Assembly: GCA_018819345.1 (NCBI GenBank)
Contig: JAHJQG010000064.1
Location: 33 to 64,032 of the forward strand
Reading direction: 5' to 3'
From: Nanobdellota archaeon
GTDB lineage: Archaea; Nanobdellota; Nanobdellia; Woesearchaeales; CG1-02-33-12
DNA: 64,000 nucleotides
Position numbers and translations under genes: made by a program. The number at the start of each line of letters is the position of its first letter. Position 1 is the first letter of the stretch. The notes below the pieces were generated by a model. That model did no database searches and was not told where the DNA came from. It saw only the letters and a list, made by a program, of their open reading frames with translations. This document shows, piece after piece, positions 46,598-56,767 of the stretch.

Positions 46598-47656
46598 TTA
46601 GTAATCTCTTTTGATTATGTAATCTGCTATTTTCAGAAAGAAATCCTTTCCATGTTTTTCAAAATCAGAATTTTTTATTACATTTTTTGCTTTTTTCACT
46701 AATTTTTCTGCAAGGTGTTGTGAATAATCCAGAGAACTTGTTTGTTTTACTATTTCCCTTATCTTCATCATTTCTTCTTTGGTTATATTTTTATTTCCCA
46801 AGGCATTTCTTATAAACTCTTTTTGTTCCTTATCTGAATTTTCTATTGTCTTTAAAATGAGAAGTGTTTTTTTGCCCTCTTTTATATCAGAGTCAGCAGG
46901 TTTTCCTAACTTAACTTCTGATCCAAACATTCCTAAGATATCATCCTTTATCTGGAATGCCTGCCCTAATGGAATTGCATAATTTGTTAGTGTTTTTAGC
47001 TGCTCATCTGATGCTCCTGCAGCTATTGCACCCATGTGCAAAGGCCCTTCTATTGTATAGATAGCTGTTTTTAATTTGTGCATTTTTGATATATCCTCTT
47101 CTGTCACATCAGTTCTTAGGCTGGAAAAAACATCAACTATCTCACCATAGCAAGTTAGCTTTACAACCTTATTGAACTTTTGCAATAGCTTTATCTTTTT
47201 TTCTTCATCAAAATCTGATTTAAATATTATTTCATTTCCAAGGGATGCCAGAATATCACCTGCTATTATTGCCATGCTTTCCCCAAATTTCTTTGGATTA
47301 TCATAGCTCTTGTATTTTTTTGCATATATTCTATGCATGGTTGGGCCACCCCTTCTTAATTCATCATCATCAATTATGTCATCATGAATTAGGAGGAATG
47401 AATTCATTAACTCTGCTGACACAGCAATATCAATTATTGCATTTTCATTTTTTCCTCCAAGAGATTTATAGGCCATTATGATTAATATTGACCTTATTCT
47501 TTTTCCTCCCCTAAGGTTAAACTCCTTTATGTACTGCATTATTTCTCTTGAAGAATTAGATATTTTTTCTGCTTCAGCAATTTTTTCATCAAGGAAATTT
47601 CTCAGCCTAAGTTCTATTTTTTCTTTATATAACTTTAATATCTTGTCTATAGCCAT
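46598..47656 (-). CDS. idsA: polyprenyl (geranylgeranyl/farnesyl) diphosphate synthase
   Basis: FARM LIHDDIIDDDELRRG and SARM DDILG. The start is trimmed to the internal Met to avoid overlap with the AMMECR1 gene. Confidence 0.8.
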   Translation of the reverse strand: MAIDKILKLYKEKIELRLRNFLDEKIAEAEKISNSSREIMQYIKEFNLRGGKRIRSILIIMAYKSLGGKNENAIIDIAVSAELMNSFLLIHDDIIDDDELRRGGPTMHRIYAKKYKSYDNPKKFGESMAIIAGDILASLGNEIIFKSDFDEEKKIKLLQKFNKVVKLTCYGEIVDVFSSLRTDVTEEDISKMHKLKTAIYTIEGPLHMGAIAAGASDEQLKTLTNYAIPLGQAFQIKDDILGMFGSEVKLGKPADSDIKEGKKTLLILKTIENSDKEQKEFIRNALGNKNITKEEMMKIREIVKQTSSLDYSQHLAEKLVKKAKNVIKNSDFEKHGKDFFLKIADYIIKRDY

Positions 47657-47672
47657 TTTAATCTTGAGAAGT

Positions 47673-48224
47673 TTATTCTTTAAATATCTGTGCCTGAAAT
47701 TTGTAAATCTGGTTGTTTGTATTTTTCCACGCATCCTGCTTTAGCCAGGCCTTTTCGCACAAATGCCCAAGAAATTCCTTAACATCCCACTTGTATTCTG
47801 TTGCAACCTGCGGAAGTAAAAGCCCAGAACCAAGGCTTGACCTTATTATAAGACCATCCTTTCCAATCTTTATCTTCTTAAAGTAATCTTCAGGTTTTTT
47901 TACCTCAATTAATGTTGGAACAGTAAGAACAGATATCTCAATTCTTATATCCTTTAACTCCTCTTTCTGCAATGGTGGAAATCTTGGATCCTCAAAAGCA
48001 GCTGACCTTGCTGATTTTATTATTGCTTCAAATAAGGGAAATACAGGCTCTGGGAAGCCAATACAGCCCCTTAATTGCTTATTTTTATATAAAGTTACAA
48101 ACACCCCCTGCCTGTCAGAAAAATGTTTTACAGTGCTTATATTAGGCTCATTTTGTAAGAAATATGAAGAAATAGATTCTCTTGCCAGTTTTATCAATAA
48201 TTTGCCATCTGATGGCTTAATCAT
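47673..48224 (-). CDS. AMMECR1-domain protein
   Basis: LRGCIG motif. Confidence 0.75.
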   Translation of the reverse strand: MIKPSDGKLLIKLARESISSYFLQNEPNISTVKHFSDRQGVFVTLYKNKQLRGCIGFPEPVFPLFEAIIKSARSAAFEDPRFPPLQKEELKDIRIEISVLTVPTLIEVKKPEDYFKKIKIGKDGLIIRSSLGSGLLLPQVATEYKWDVKEFLGHLCEKAWLKQDAWKNTNNQIYKFQAQIFKE

Positions 48225-48496
48225 TTTAGTGCCCTTTTGGCCTCTTTCCTTAGCTTTTCTGCCTTATCAGCTACTCTTTCAGCAGCACTTTCCAATGCCT
48301 GTTTTGGGCTTTTACCGTCTGTTTCAACAATCATGAAAGGAATCCCTATCAAAGGATGCTTTATATTATATGCTGCTACAGTTACATTCTTATCATTCCA
48401 CAATTCATCTTTTAAAAGGTTGCAGAATGTATTTCCCTCTCCTTTGATTTCAAAACTTATTCTATTTTTCTTTTCCTCAATAACATTTATCTCCAT
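48221..48496 (-). CDS. rpoL: DNA-directed RNA polymerase subunit L (Rpo11)
   Basis: A 91-aa protein with the N-terminal EIKGEGNTFCNLL pattern typical of Rpb11/RpoL. Confidence 0.7.
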   Translation of the reverse strand: MEINVIEEKKNRISFEIKGEGNTFCNLLKDELWNDKNVTVAAYNIKHPLIGIPFMIVETDGKSPKQALESAAERVADKAEKLRKEAKRALK

Positions 48497-48541
48497 AAAA
48501 ACACCTTAAAAACAGGATTTTTGTAATATTTATAAACATTT

Positions 48542-49174
48542 CTATTTAATTTTCTTCATTCTCCAGCATCCAACTTTTATTCTCTGGATTTTCTTCCTGT
48601 GAAAGCTGTATATTGCCTTTATTGGAAAATCAAATTTCCACAAATGAGTAATTTCAAAGCCATAATCTTCTGAGATTTTGTTTACAAAGCCAGCAGTTTC
48701 AAGTTTGTGAAAACTATAAATTACCTTTGCAAGAGAGAATGCCTTTTTTAAAAAGATTTTATCAGCATGCTTTTGTTTTGTTCCAAAAGGAGGGTTTTGT
48801 ACTACTGTATCTACTTTTTTATTAAAATCATCGATATTTTTGTTTAAAAAAACAGCTTTTTTGGATAGTTTTTTTCCTGTTTTCTCCTCTAAAAAACAGA
48901 GATTATCTTTTGCAATCTTAACAGAATCTGAATCAGACTCAACAAAAAAAACCTTTTTTGCCCCCAATAATAAGATACCTAAGCCTAATATACCAGTGCC
49001 GCTTCCAAGGTCAGCTATTGTTTTGTTTTCTATATCTTTTAAGTAATAAGCTTGCCACAAAACATCTGCTGCTATCTCTGAGTCTGTGGTGTATTGCTCT
49101 GCTCTTAGTTTTGGAGTCTCAAAAACCCTTAATTTCGAGAGTAAAACTGCCAGTTTTGATTTTGATTTTATCAT
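48542..49174 (-). CDS. N6-adenine/amino-methyltransferase with NPPF motif (METTL5-like)
   Basis: DLGSGTGILGLG (motif I) and VVQNPPFG (motif IV). Confidence 0.65.
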   Translation of the reverse strand: MIKSKSKLAVLLSKLRVFETPKLRAEQYTTDSEIAADVLWQAYYLKDIENKTIADLGSGTGILGLGILLLGAKKVFFVESDSDSVKIAKDNLCFLEEKTGKKLSKKAVFLNKNIDDFNKKVDTVVQNPPFGTKQKHADKIFLKKAFSLAKVIYSFHKLETAGFVNKISEDYGFEITHLWKFDFPIKAIYSFHRKKIQRIKVGCWRMKKIK

Positions 49175-49280
49175 AACCTACCACTTTTTATGGTTTAGTA
49201 GCAAAGGTTTATATTTGTTTTCAAAATTTGTTATTTTTAGAAAAGTTTTTAAGTAAGCTAGAAAACATAGTTAATCCGGG

Positions 49281-49856
49281 GTGATATGGATTAAGTTTAG
49301 TTTATTCAATGGAAAAAAGAGTAATGGTTCCAAAGAACTTCTTACAATTAATAAAAAGCTTAAAAATGCCTTCAATACAATAAAAGAGGAATTTGAGGAG
49401 CATTTAGGTTCTATTAATGAAAATACTAGCGAGATTCAGGCTAATTATGAGTATTTATGCAATATTGATTCAAAAATTGATAAACTGAATGAAAAAATAG
49501 ATGATTTACAGCTTTTTATAAATCGCCTTGCTGTAAAGGATTATAAAAAACATAATGAAAAACAGGTTTATAACCATATTCTCCTTACAACAAAGGAGAA
49601 GGAAGTATTCCTTGCACTTTACACAATGGCTGAGGAAAAAGGGCCAATAACATATAAGGCTATTTCAAGAAGGATTGGCCTAACAGAATTTATGGTTAGA
49701 GATTATGTAACAAACCTCATAGAGAAAGGGATTCCAATTATAAAGAAATATGTTAATCAGGAAGTTTATCTTGATATTGACCAAAAGTTTAGGCATATGC
49801 AGGCAAAGGAAAATTTAGTTGAGATTAATGAGAGTATGGCTAAGAGGTTTGTTTAA
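49281..49856 (+). CDS. coiled-coil protein with a C-terminal winged-HTH
   Basis: LTTKEKEVFLALYTM...ITYKAISRRIGLTEFMVRDYVTNLIEKG is wHTH-like. Confidence 0.4.
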   Translation: MIWIKFSLFNGKKSNGSKELLTINKKLKNAFNTIKEEFEEHLGSINENTSEIQANYEYLCNIDSKIDKLNEKIDDLQLFINRLAVKDYKKHNEKQVYNHILLTTKEKEVFLALYTMAEEKGPITYKAISRRIGLTEFMVRDYVTNLIEKGIPIIKKYVNQEVYLDIDQKFRHMQAKENLVEINESMAKRFV

Positions 49857-49955
49857 TTTGAGGATTTAATATTTAATTATTAATTAAAATATTTAATCAT
49901 AATTAAGATTATAAGTTTTAAGTATTGATTATAAGTTCTTATAATAAATTAGATA

Positions 49956-49985
49956 AAAATATTTAATCTTTGATTAAAAGTTTTA
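49956..49985. repeat. 30-bp AT-rich repeat AAAATATTTAATCTTTGATTAAAAGTTTTA abutting the xerA stop
   Basis: 28 of 30 positions are identical to 51607..51635. It contains the inverted core TTTAATC-TTT-GATTAAA. Related degenerate copies lie at about 49888-49925 and 51652-51681. Confidence 0.6.
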
Positions 49986-50798
49986 TTATATATCAAAAGG
50001 GCTTGTTACTTTTTTTAGTTGAGCCCTTGATACCTTTGTATATCTCTCAGTAGTCTGTATGTTTGAATGACCCAAAAGCTCCTGGATAATCCTTATATCT
50101 GTTCCATTTTCAAGCAAGTGTGTTGCAAAAGAGCTTCTTAATGCATGGCAAAACACTCTTTTTTGTATTCCTGCTTTTTTTGCTGCATCATGTACTATCT
50201 TTTGCGCCTGCCTTACACTTATATGTGTATCCCTAACAAGAAAAACATATGGATTATCATCATTTCTGTTAGCAAGATAATCTGTTAAATGGCTAACTAA
50301 TTTCCTTGAAAGTATTATATTCCTGTCTTTTTTGCCTTTTCCGCTCTTAATTAACCCCATTTTTTCCTGCAAATTAAGATCTTCTGTCTTAATGCTAACA
50401 CACTCTGAAACCCTTAATCCAGACGAGTACATAAGTTCTATCAAAAGCTTATGCTTTAGGTTTTTAATTGCTTTTATCATCCTTTCAATTTCATCCTTTG
50501 TAAGCACAGTAGGCAGCTTTTTCTCATTTTTTGGTGCTTTTATATTATCAAATATCCTTTTTTTCATGATTTCCTGATACATGAACTTTAAGGCACTTAG
50601 AACAAGATTAACAGAACTTGGCTTTTGCTTTTTCTCAGCCATAAGGTAAGCCATGTAAGATTTTACATCATCTTCACTAATTTCATTTGGCTCTTTTTTA
50701 ACAAAATCAAGAAATCTCTGATTATGGAAAACATAAGCTTTAATGGTTTTTTCACTAAAACCTCTTATTTGTAATTCAGTCTTAAGTTTTTCAATCAA
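49986..50798 (-). CDS. xerA: tyrosine recombinase XerA/XerC-like
   Basis: The catalytic region contains the R...HxxR...Y motifs: HALRSSFATHLLENG...LLGHSNIQTTERYTKV. Confidence 0.85.
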   Translation of the reverse strand: MIEKLKTELQIRGFSEKTIKAYVFHNQRFLDFVKKEPNEISEDDVKSYMAYLMAEKKQKPSSVNLVLSALKFMYQEIMKKRIFDNIKAPKNEKKLPTVLTKDEIERMIKAIKNLKHKLLIELMYSSGLRVSECVSIKTEDLNLQEKMGLIKSGKGKKDRNIILSRKLVSHLTDYLANRNDDNPYVFLVRDTHISVRQAQKIVHDAAKKAGIQKRVFCHALRSSFATHLLENGTDIRIIQELLGHSNIQTTERYTKVSRAQLKKVTSPFDI

Positions 50799-51009
50799 TT
50801 TAATACCTCTTTTTAACCTGCTTTGGATACCTTATTTTGTCCAAAAAGCCAGGGTTTTTGTTGGAAATATGCCTCCGGAAGAGTATTTTATTCAGTTTAT
50901 ATATAAAAAAATACACATAATGTACCTTATACGCACTTTTATATAAATCTTTCTAGAAAAAGCATGATTTTAATAATTAAATAAATAACAAAGAAATTAA
51001 TAGGAAAAC

Positions 51010-51450
51010 CTACAGCTTTTTATTATAACTACCCAAAAGATCCTTAACCTGGTCTGTTATTTTAATACTTGGTCTATCAGGGTATTTATCTTTGCTTCTT
51101 ACATATACATCAATACCTTCTTGTTTGGGTCTATCAGTTAGATATATTAAAGATAAAATAAATCTAAGTTGTTTAGCGCTTTCGTCATCTAACTGAGGTG
51201 TTATCAACATCAAGTCCATATCTGAATCAACTTTATTAAGTCTAGCTCCACTTCCAACTACATAAGCTTCATCGATTTTGTAATTTTTTGAGTTATTGTC
51301 ACTTATCCTTGCTTGCCTTTTAGCTATATCAACATAAGCAGCAAGAACATTTTCTAGCCCTGTCCTCACTCTATTGGTGATTTTATTGTTTTTTTCAAAA
51401 ATGGGCATCATATATTCATAAGTTTTTGGAGTTTTATAATCCAGTTTCAT
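51010..51450 (-). CDS. minimal nucleotidyltransferase (MNT) domain protein
   Basis: GSGARLNKVDSDMDLML (GS...D.D). Confidence 0.6.
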   Translation of the reverse strand: MKLDYKTPKTYEYMMPIFEKNNKITNRVRTGLENVLAAYVDIAKRQARISDNNSKNYKIDEAYVVGSGARLNKVDSDMDLMLITPQLDDESAKQLRFILSLIYLTDRPKQEGIDVYVRSKDKYPDRPSIKITDQVKDLLGSYNKKL

Positions 51451-51606
51451 TTTAACATATTATTTTATTTTGTATATTAAGTTAATAGATTTATTAGTAT
51501 ATAAAGTTTTCTATTATGTCATTACTAATTAGTAACATATGATACCCTAATTTTAGTATCCAATAATATAATTTTTAATTAAATCATTTAATTCTGCAAT
51601 ATGATA

Positions 51607-51635
51607 AAATATTTAACTTTTGATTAAAAGTTTTA
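51607..51635. repeat. second copy of the xerA-flanking AT-rich repeat (AAAATATTTAACTTTTGATTAAAAGTTTTA)
   Basis: See 49956..49985. Confidence 0.6.
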
Positions 51636-51999
51636 GTTGTTTAATTAAATAAAAGGTTTAATCTTTAATTAAAACTTTTAATTGTATTGATATACTACAA
51701 AATGTCCTTTAGGTAATAGTTTTATTAAAAGATATTATCCAATATAACCTTTTTAATTTATATTTTATAGAATATAATTAATTTTAGAAATTTTAAAAAA
51801 CCAAAAAATAAAACAAAAAGTGAGAGTTAGGATAAATGCTCAAAAATTGGATAATTCTAAAAATCTTTAAAAACAAATATATAAAGAAAAATAAGGCATA
51901 AAAAGAGTTGAAAAATTAGATAAAAGAGATAAAATCAAGTCAGATACAAAAGAAATATCAAAAAAGCCCCATATAAAATAAAAAAGTGAGTGTTGAAAC

Positions 52000-52419
52000 T
52001 CATAAACTAATTTTTGGACTCACTCCAATATCATTTATTGTATAAAAAAGCCTAATTTTTGTCCTATGATAATTAATCTTAATCATTGTATCTGTTACAT
52101 ATGCTGCATATTTAAGTTTATCGTCTATAGTTTTATCTTCATTTTCATAAATTTTAGCTTTCATCTCTCTAATTTTATCTAATGATAAAATATAACTTGT
52201 TGTATTAACGCTCTTTAATAAAAGACTGATATCTTTATATTTCTTATGGTGGTGTCGTTCTGCTGATTTATCTATAGCAAAAACATCTATAGGATGATAT
52301 TCTTTTAAAACTTGAACTATTTGCCTCAAAGCTCTCCTATCTCTTCGTTTTAGATTTTTGTAAAAAGTTTTAGCATCCATGTTTACATGCACTCCATTAA
52401 TTATAATGGTAGTATTCAA
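52000..52419 (-). CDS. hypothetical protein
   Basis: ORF only. Confidence 0.3.
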   Translation of the reverse strand: MNTTIIINGVHVNMDAKTFYKNLKRRDRRALRQIVQVLKEYHPIDVFAIDKSAERHHHKKYKDISLLLKSVNTTSYILSLDKIREMKAKIYENEDKTIDDKLKYAAYVTDTMIKINYHRTKIRLFYTINDIGVSPKISL

Positions 52420-52538
52420 GGCATATATAAACTTTTTGTTTTGTTACTACTTATAGATTAATATTTAGTAACAATTCCTTTATTAGTCACCCTCAAAGTT
52501 AATAGAATAGTAAAAAGAAATAAAAAATCTAAAGGAGT

Positions 52539-53267
52539 TTAACCAACATAACTCAATGCCTTTTTCTCTCTGTTTTCAATTGATGTTTTGCTCTGCTGGA
52601 GAAGTTCCTTTAGCTTATCCTCAAACTGTTTTGCTGTTTCGAGCAAAGGCTTATAGTCAACTTTTAAGTTGAGGTACTTATCTAAAATCTTGATTATCTC
52701 AGCAGCTGCCTTGCTATCTGGCAGAGTAGTGTGTGTCTCAGCAAATATACAGGACATGGGTATTTTATCCACCTTTAACAACAGGGCTGAACTAACTCCC
52801 ATGATAATTCCCTCTTTGAGAGGATTTAGTCCAAAGCTCCTGAATATTTTCTCTTTTTTCTCATCATTGGAATAATAAAAAATCTTTGGTTTTCCCATTA
52901 TATCTGGAGAGCTAACACTCTCTAAACTTATTATCTCTTTTGTATTCAGTTCTTTTGCTATGGCAATTATTATATCAGATATCTTCCATTCTAAGCCAGG
53001 TTTTACAGTTAGAGAGTGTATTATCACAAGGTTATATTTTTTATTGTATGAAATAGATAATGGCTCTATAATCTTGCCCTTGTGTATTGCCACCATTGCT
53101 GGTTCTTCTTCAAGCAAAACCTTTCCTATAAGCTCTGTATTAAGATGATCTATCAAGAATTCACATGCTATTGTGCCCACAAGCCCAAAGCCAGGAAAAC
53201 CCTCAATAATCACAGGCTTTTTTGGCTTTTTTATGAGTTTAATCTTCATTATAACACCTCTTAACAA
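52539..53267 (-). CDS. PAC2-family proteasome assembly chaperone-like protein
   Basis: N-terminal IEGFPGFGLVG, characteristic of PAC2/PbaB. Confidence 0.55.
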   Translation of the reverse strand: MLRGVIMKIKLIKKPKKPVIIEGFPGFGLVGTIACEFLIDHLNTELIGKVLLEEEPAMVAIHKGKIIEPLSISYNKKYNLVIIHSLTVKPGLEWKISDIIIAIAKELNTKEIISLESVSSPDIMGKPKIFYYSNDEKKEKIFRSFGLNPLKEGIIMGVSSALLLKVDKIPMSCIFAETHTTLPDSKAAAEIIKILDKYLNLKVDYKPLLETAKQFEDKLKELLQQSKTSIENREKKALSYVG

Positions 53268-53349
53268 AACGCTTTTTTATTTCTTTATATAGTTTTTGGT
53301 TAGAACAAGATGGCTATGTTTAATAATATTGTTATCACCAAAATTACAG

Positions 53350-53466
53350 TTATTCTATATAGGTTATAAGCCCGCAGTCATTGCAGACTAGTTCTTTTGT
53401 TTTCTTGTTATATTTCACTTTATTGCTTCCACATTCCGGACATTTATTTGGAATCTTTTTAGTCAT
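53350..53466 (-). CDS. TFB-N-terminal-like zinc-ribbon protein (38 aa)
   Basis: Hand translation gives MTKKIPNKCPECGSNKVKYNKKTKELVCNDCGLITYIE. It is under 60 aa and so is not in the ORF track. Confidence 0.35.
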   Translation of the reverse strand: MTKKIPNKCPECGSNKVKYNKKTKELVCNDCGLITYIE

Positions 53467-53511
53467 ATCTTAAAAATAAAAATCAAACTTTAAAAAATTT
53501 TCTAAAAAATG

Positions 53512-55395
53512 TTACTTCTTTAAGATGATTTTAAGAATATCTTCCTTGCCCTTCCAGTTAAGAACCTCTTTCAAGACATCGCTAATTGTCTCAACAGGGA
53601 TTATCTTAATCTTGGATATCTTTTCAGGATCAATTATTATATCCTTTAAATTAGCCTTTGGCACAATTACATTTTTTATGCCAGCCTCAATAGCTGCCTC
53701 TACTTTTGAGCTTACTCCTCCAACAGGAAGGACCTCTCCTCTTACAGACAATGAGCCAGTCATTGCAAAGTTTTGTTTTACAGGAATATCCTTAAATGCA
53801 GAGATTATTGATGTTGCAACAGCTATGCTTGCTGAATCGCCCTCAACACCCTCATAGGTCTGCATGAACTGCACATAAAGATCATATTTTTCCTTTATGT
53901 CTTCTCCAAAATACTTTTTGATAATAGCTGAAACATTTTTTATTGATTCCTTTGCTATCTTTCCAAGCTGTCCAGTTGCAATTATTTCTGTTTCCTTGCC
54001 ACCAGGTGTTACCTGTGATTCTATTGGAAGTATAATACCTGAATATGCCTCAGAGCCACCTATGACTGCAAGACCATTAACCCTGCCAATCTTGTTTCCT
54101 TTTGTTACAATAACTTCATACTCCTTTTTCTCTTCAATATATTTGTCAGCTATCTGCTGCTCAAGGGTTCTTGCTATTTTTTTTGCATTACTAACATGAT
54201 TTTTCATAACAAATTCTGCATTCTGTTCTTTTGCAATATCTCCTGCTGCCCTTATTAAGCCGCCAAGCTCTCTAAGCCTTAAGGTTAGATGGCCTTTTCT
54301 GTTAGCCATCTTCCTTGCTTCTTCTATAATAGCATCAACAGCCTCTTTGCTGAAATGAGGTATTTTTTTGTCTTTTACAATCTCCTGGGCAACAAAGATA
54401 GCTATCTTATTTCTGTTTTCAGGAGTATCTTTCATAGTTCCCTTCATATAAACCTCATATCCATAGCCCCTTATCCTTGACCTTAGGGCAGGATGCATAT
54501 GCTTGACTGTTTCAAGATTACCAGCAGCAATCAGGATAAAGTTGCATGGAACTGCTTCTGTCCTTACCATTGCACCAGCACTTCTCTCGCTTTGGCCTGT
54601 TATTGCATATTTGCCTTCCTGCAATGAGGTTAATAATTCCTGCTGTGTTGCTGGCTGCAGGGTTGCAATTTCATCAACAAAGAGAACACCCATATTTGCC
54701 TTGTGAATCATTCCTGCAACAACTCTCTCATGGGCAGGTGTTCCTAAACCACCAGACTGGAATGGATCATGCAGAACATCACCCAATAAAGCGCCTGCAT
54801 GAGCACCAGTTGCATCAAGAAACGGTGCCTGCTTTTTATTAAAATTATCAACAATAGTCTTTGGCACACTTACTTTTGGATTCATTTTTTTGCCAAGGTT
54901 CATAAATATAATAAAAGATGCAAGGAACAGCATGCCTCCTAAGAAAAAGGCTGCAAACATTATGTCTGATTTATATTGTGCCCTTACCCACCAGGGTGCA
55001 AACATTGAGATAATAACAAGAATAAAGATTATAATATTCTGGTTCTTGAAAAGATTTGTACTCTCAATTCTTGATTTCATTACAAATTCACGGCCTTTGC
55101 CAGCGGGCATTACTCTTACCAATGGCTGGTTCTCATCATTCAAATTAGGAAATGAAACAACATCAACAAGTTTTTCCTTTGGCAATAGCTCTGCAAGTGC
55201 CATGCCAAGCATTGATTTTCCTGTTCCTGGCTCTCCTATCAAAAGGACATGTCTTCTTTGATTAGCAGACTTCCTCATAACATTAACAGCTTCCTCCTGG
55301 CCAACAACCTGGCCTATTATCTTATCAGAAATCTTTATGTCTTTTGTAGTTTTAAAGCTCACTTCTTTTGCCATATTTATCCAGAATATCAACAT
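53512..55395 (-). CDS. lonB: archaeal membrane-bound Lon protease (LonB)
   Basis: AAA+ Walker A GEPGTGKS, two TM helices inserted in the ATPase domain, and a C-terminal Lon protease domain with the catalytic Ser in GDSAS. Confidence 0.9.
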   Translation of the reverse strand: MLIFWINMAKEVSFKTTKDIKISDKIIGQVVGQEEAVNVMRKSANQRRHVLLIGEPGTGKSMLGMALAELLPKEKLVDVVSFPNLNDENQPLVRVMPAGKGREFVMKSRIESTNLFKNQNIIIFILVIISMFAPWWVRAQYKSDIMFAAFFLGGMLFLASFIIFMNLGKKMNPKVSVPKTIVDNFNKKQAPFLDATGAHAGALLGDVLHDPFQSGGLGTPAHERVVAGMIHKANMGVLFVDEIATLQPATQQELLTSLQEGKYAITGQSERSAGAMVRTEAVPCNFILIAAGNLETVKHMHPALRSRIRGYGYEVYMKGTMKDTPENRNKIAIFVAQEIVKDKKIPHFSKEAVDAIIEEARKMANRKGHLTLRLRELGGLIRAAGDIAKEQNAEFVMKNHVSNAKKIARTLEQQIADKYIEEKKEYEVIVTKGNKIGRVNGLAVIGGSEAYSGIILPIESQVTPGGKETEIIATGQLGKIAKESIKNVSAIIKKYFGEDIKEKYDLYVQFMQTYEGVEGDSASIAVATSIISAFKDIPVKQNFAMTGSLSVRGEVLPVGGVSSKVEAAIEAGIKNVIVPKANLKDIIIDPEKISKIKIIPVETISDVLKEVLNWKGKEDILKIILKK

Positions 55396-55469
55396 AATAT
55401 AAAAAGGTTTTCAATTAAAAAAGAAAATTTTATAAACATTAGAATATAATTGTTAAAAAAGGTGATTAA

Positions 55470-55787
55470 ATGAAGCTTAAGGTAGGGAAAAAACTTATAC
55501 CTGTTTTTGAAAAAAAGAAAGCAGCACCAGTACAAAGACCTAATTTCTCAGGAACAAATTCTGGTTTCCAAAGGCCAACACCTGGTTTTCCAGTACATCA
55601 ACCAATGGGACAGAGGCCCGTATTTAAGCCAGGGCCATCAATTTATCCAGGAGTCAGTGGAATTAAAAAAGAGAAATCAAAAGATATTACCAAGATTATA
55701 GCCAATCTTCCAAGAGATGAGCTCACTGCTTATGTTTCTATTATACTGGGCTTAATCTTTATCTTTATTGCTGTGATTATTTGGTAA
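55470..55787 (+). CDS. small Pro-rich protein with a C-terminal TM anchor
   Basis: ORF only. Confidence 0.3.
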   Translation: MKLKVGKKLIPVFEKKKAAPVQRPNFSGTNSGFQRPTPGFPVHQPMGQRPVFKPGPSIYPGVSGIKKEKSKDITKIIANLPRDELTAYVSIILGLIFIFIAVIIW

Positions 55788-56705
55788 ATTTTTGAGTAAT
55801 TTTTTCAACTTTTTTTCAAAATAGTCATAGTTTGTAAATTTTTGATTATTAATTGGAATTTCAGACGGATCTCTGCCTGTTGATTTACAGTAAGATTCTA
55901 TTTCAGGTATTGTTTTCATAATTGTCTTAGTTATCTTGCTTAGTCCAGCATATTTAGGTATAGAATAAAGTGTTGAGTGACCTCGGTCAGGTTGCCCATA
56001 TTCTAATGCTACACCATAAAAACCAGGCGTCTTACACAAAGCAATTCTAAGTTCCTTACCCTCATTATTACTTCCTTCTAATACTAAACTATGGTCTGAT
56101 TTTTTGATACTTGTTTTGGTTTTTAAAACATCAAATCGTTTTTTAAACTGTTCAATATATTCATCAAAAATTAATTCATCAGAGACCTTCTTATTCTTTA
56201 AATATTTTAAAAGAGCGCCTGTTTTTGACTTAGTATCTTCAACTTTGCCTTTTGTGTGTAGCTTAATATATATAACTCTTCCAAATTCATCTATAATATC
56301 ATAGCGTGGTTTATTCCTCTTTTTTTTAATAATTATTTTATTAATATCTCTCTCTTGTAATTCAAGAAATGGAAAGATTATTGATTCAAGTAATATTTCC
56401 GGGGTTATTCCCCTGTTTATCATCTTAGGTTTTGAATTTTCACCCCTGTCTTTAAAAGTTGCATATATTCTAGGACAGATATATAATCCACTTAATTTTT
56501 CAATTGGATTCATTGTTGGTTCAGTAAATGGCTTTTCTGATACTATAAAATCTAAGTTAATTTTTGTAAGTTTTGATTCACATTCATTGTAAGGGGCATA
56601 ATATTGTTTTAATATTTTTTTAGAAACATTTTTTATATGGTTCTTGCTTTCTTTTTCCTCTCTTATAAGCTGTTTGAGAGATTTCTTTGTTTTAGTAGGG
56701 GTCAT
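55752..56705 (-). CDS. hypothetical protein
   Basis: ORF of 317 aa. Confidence 0.35.
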   Translation of the reverse strand: MTPTKTKKSLKQLIREEKESKNHIKNVSKKILKQYYAPYNECESKLTKINLDFIVSEKPFTEPTMNPIEKLSGLYICPRIYATFKDRGENSKPKMINRGITPEILLESIIFPFLELQERDINKIIIKKKRNKPRYDIIDEFGRVIYIKLHTKGKVEDTKSKTGALLKYLKNKKVSDELIFDEYIEQFKKRFDVLKTKTSIKKSDHSLVLEGSNNEGKELRIALCKTPGFYGVALEYGQPDRGHSTLYSIPKYAGLSKITKTIMKTIPEIESYCKSTGRDPSEIPINNQKFTNYDYFEKKLKKLLKNLPNNHSNKDKD

Positions 56706-56767
56706 TTTACATCATCTTATTAATTTAGTTATTTATTAGTGGTAACTATTATATAAATCTTTTGTTT

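Noticed and set aside
51451-51999. Replication origin (ORB repeats).
   Set aside because: No orc1/cdc6 gene is adjacent and the repeats do not match a recognisable ORB pattern. It is retained only as a low-interest note.
51010-52419. HEPN-MNT toxin-antitoxin pair, MNT at 51010..51450 with 52000..52419 as the HEPN partner.
   Set aside because: The two genes are separated by 550 bp. The 52000 ORF shows no convincing Rx4-6H HEPN motif, so only the MNT call is kept.
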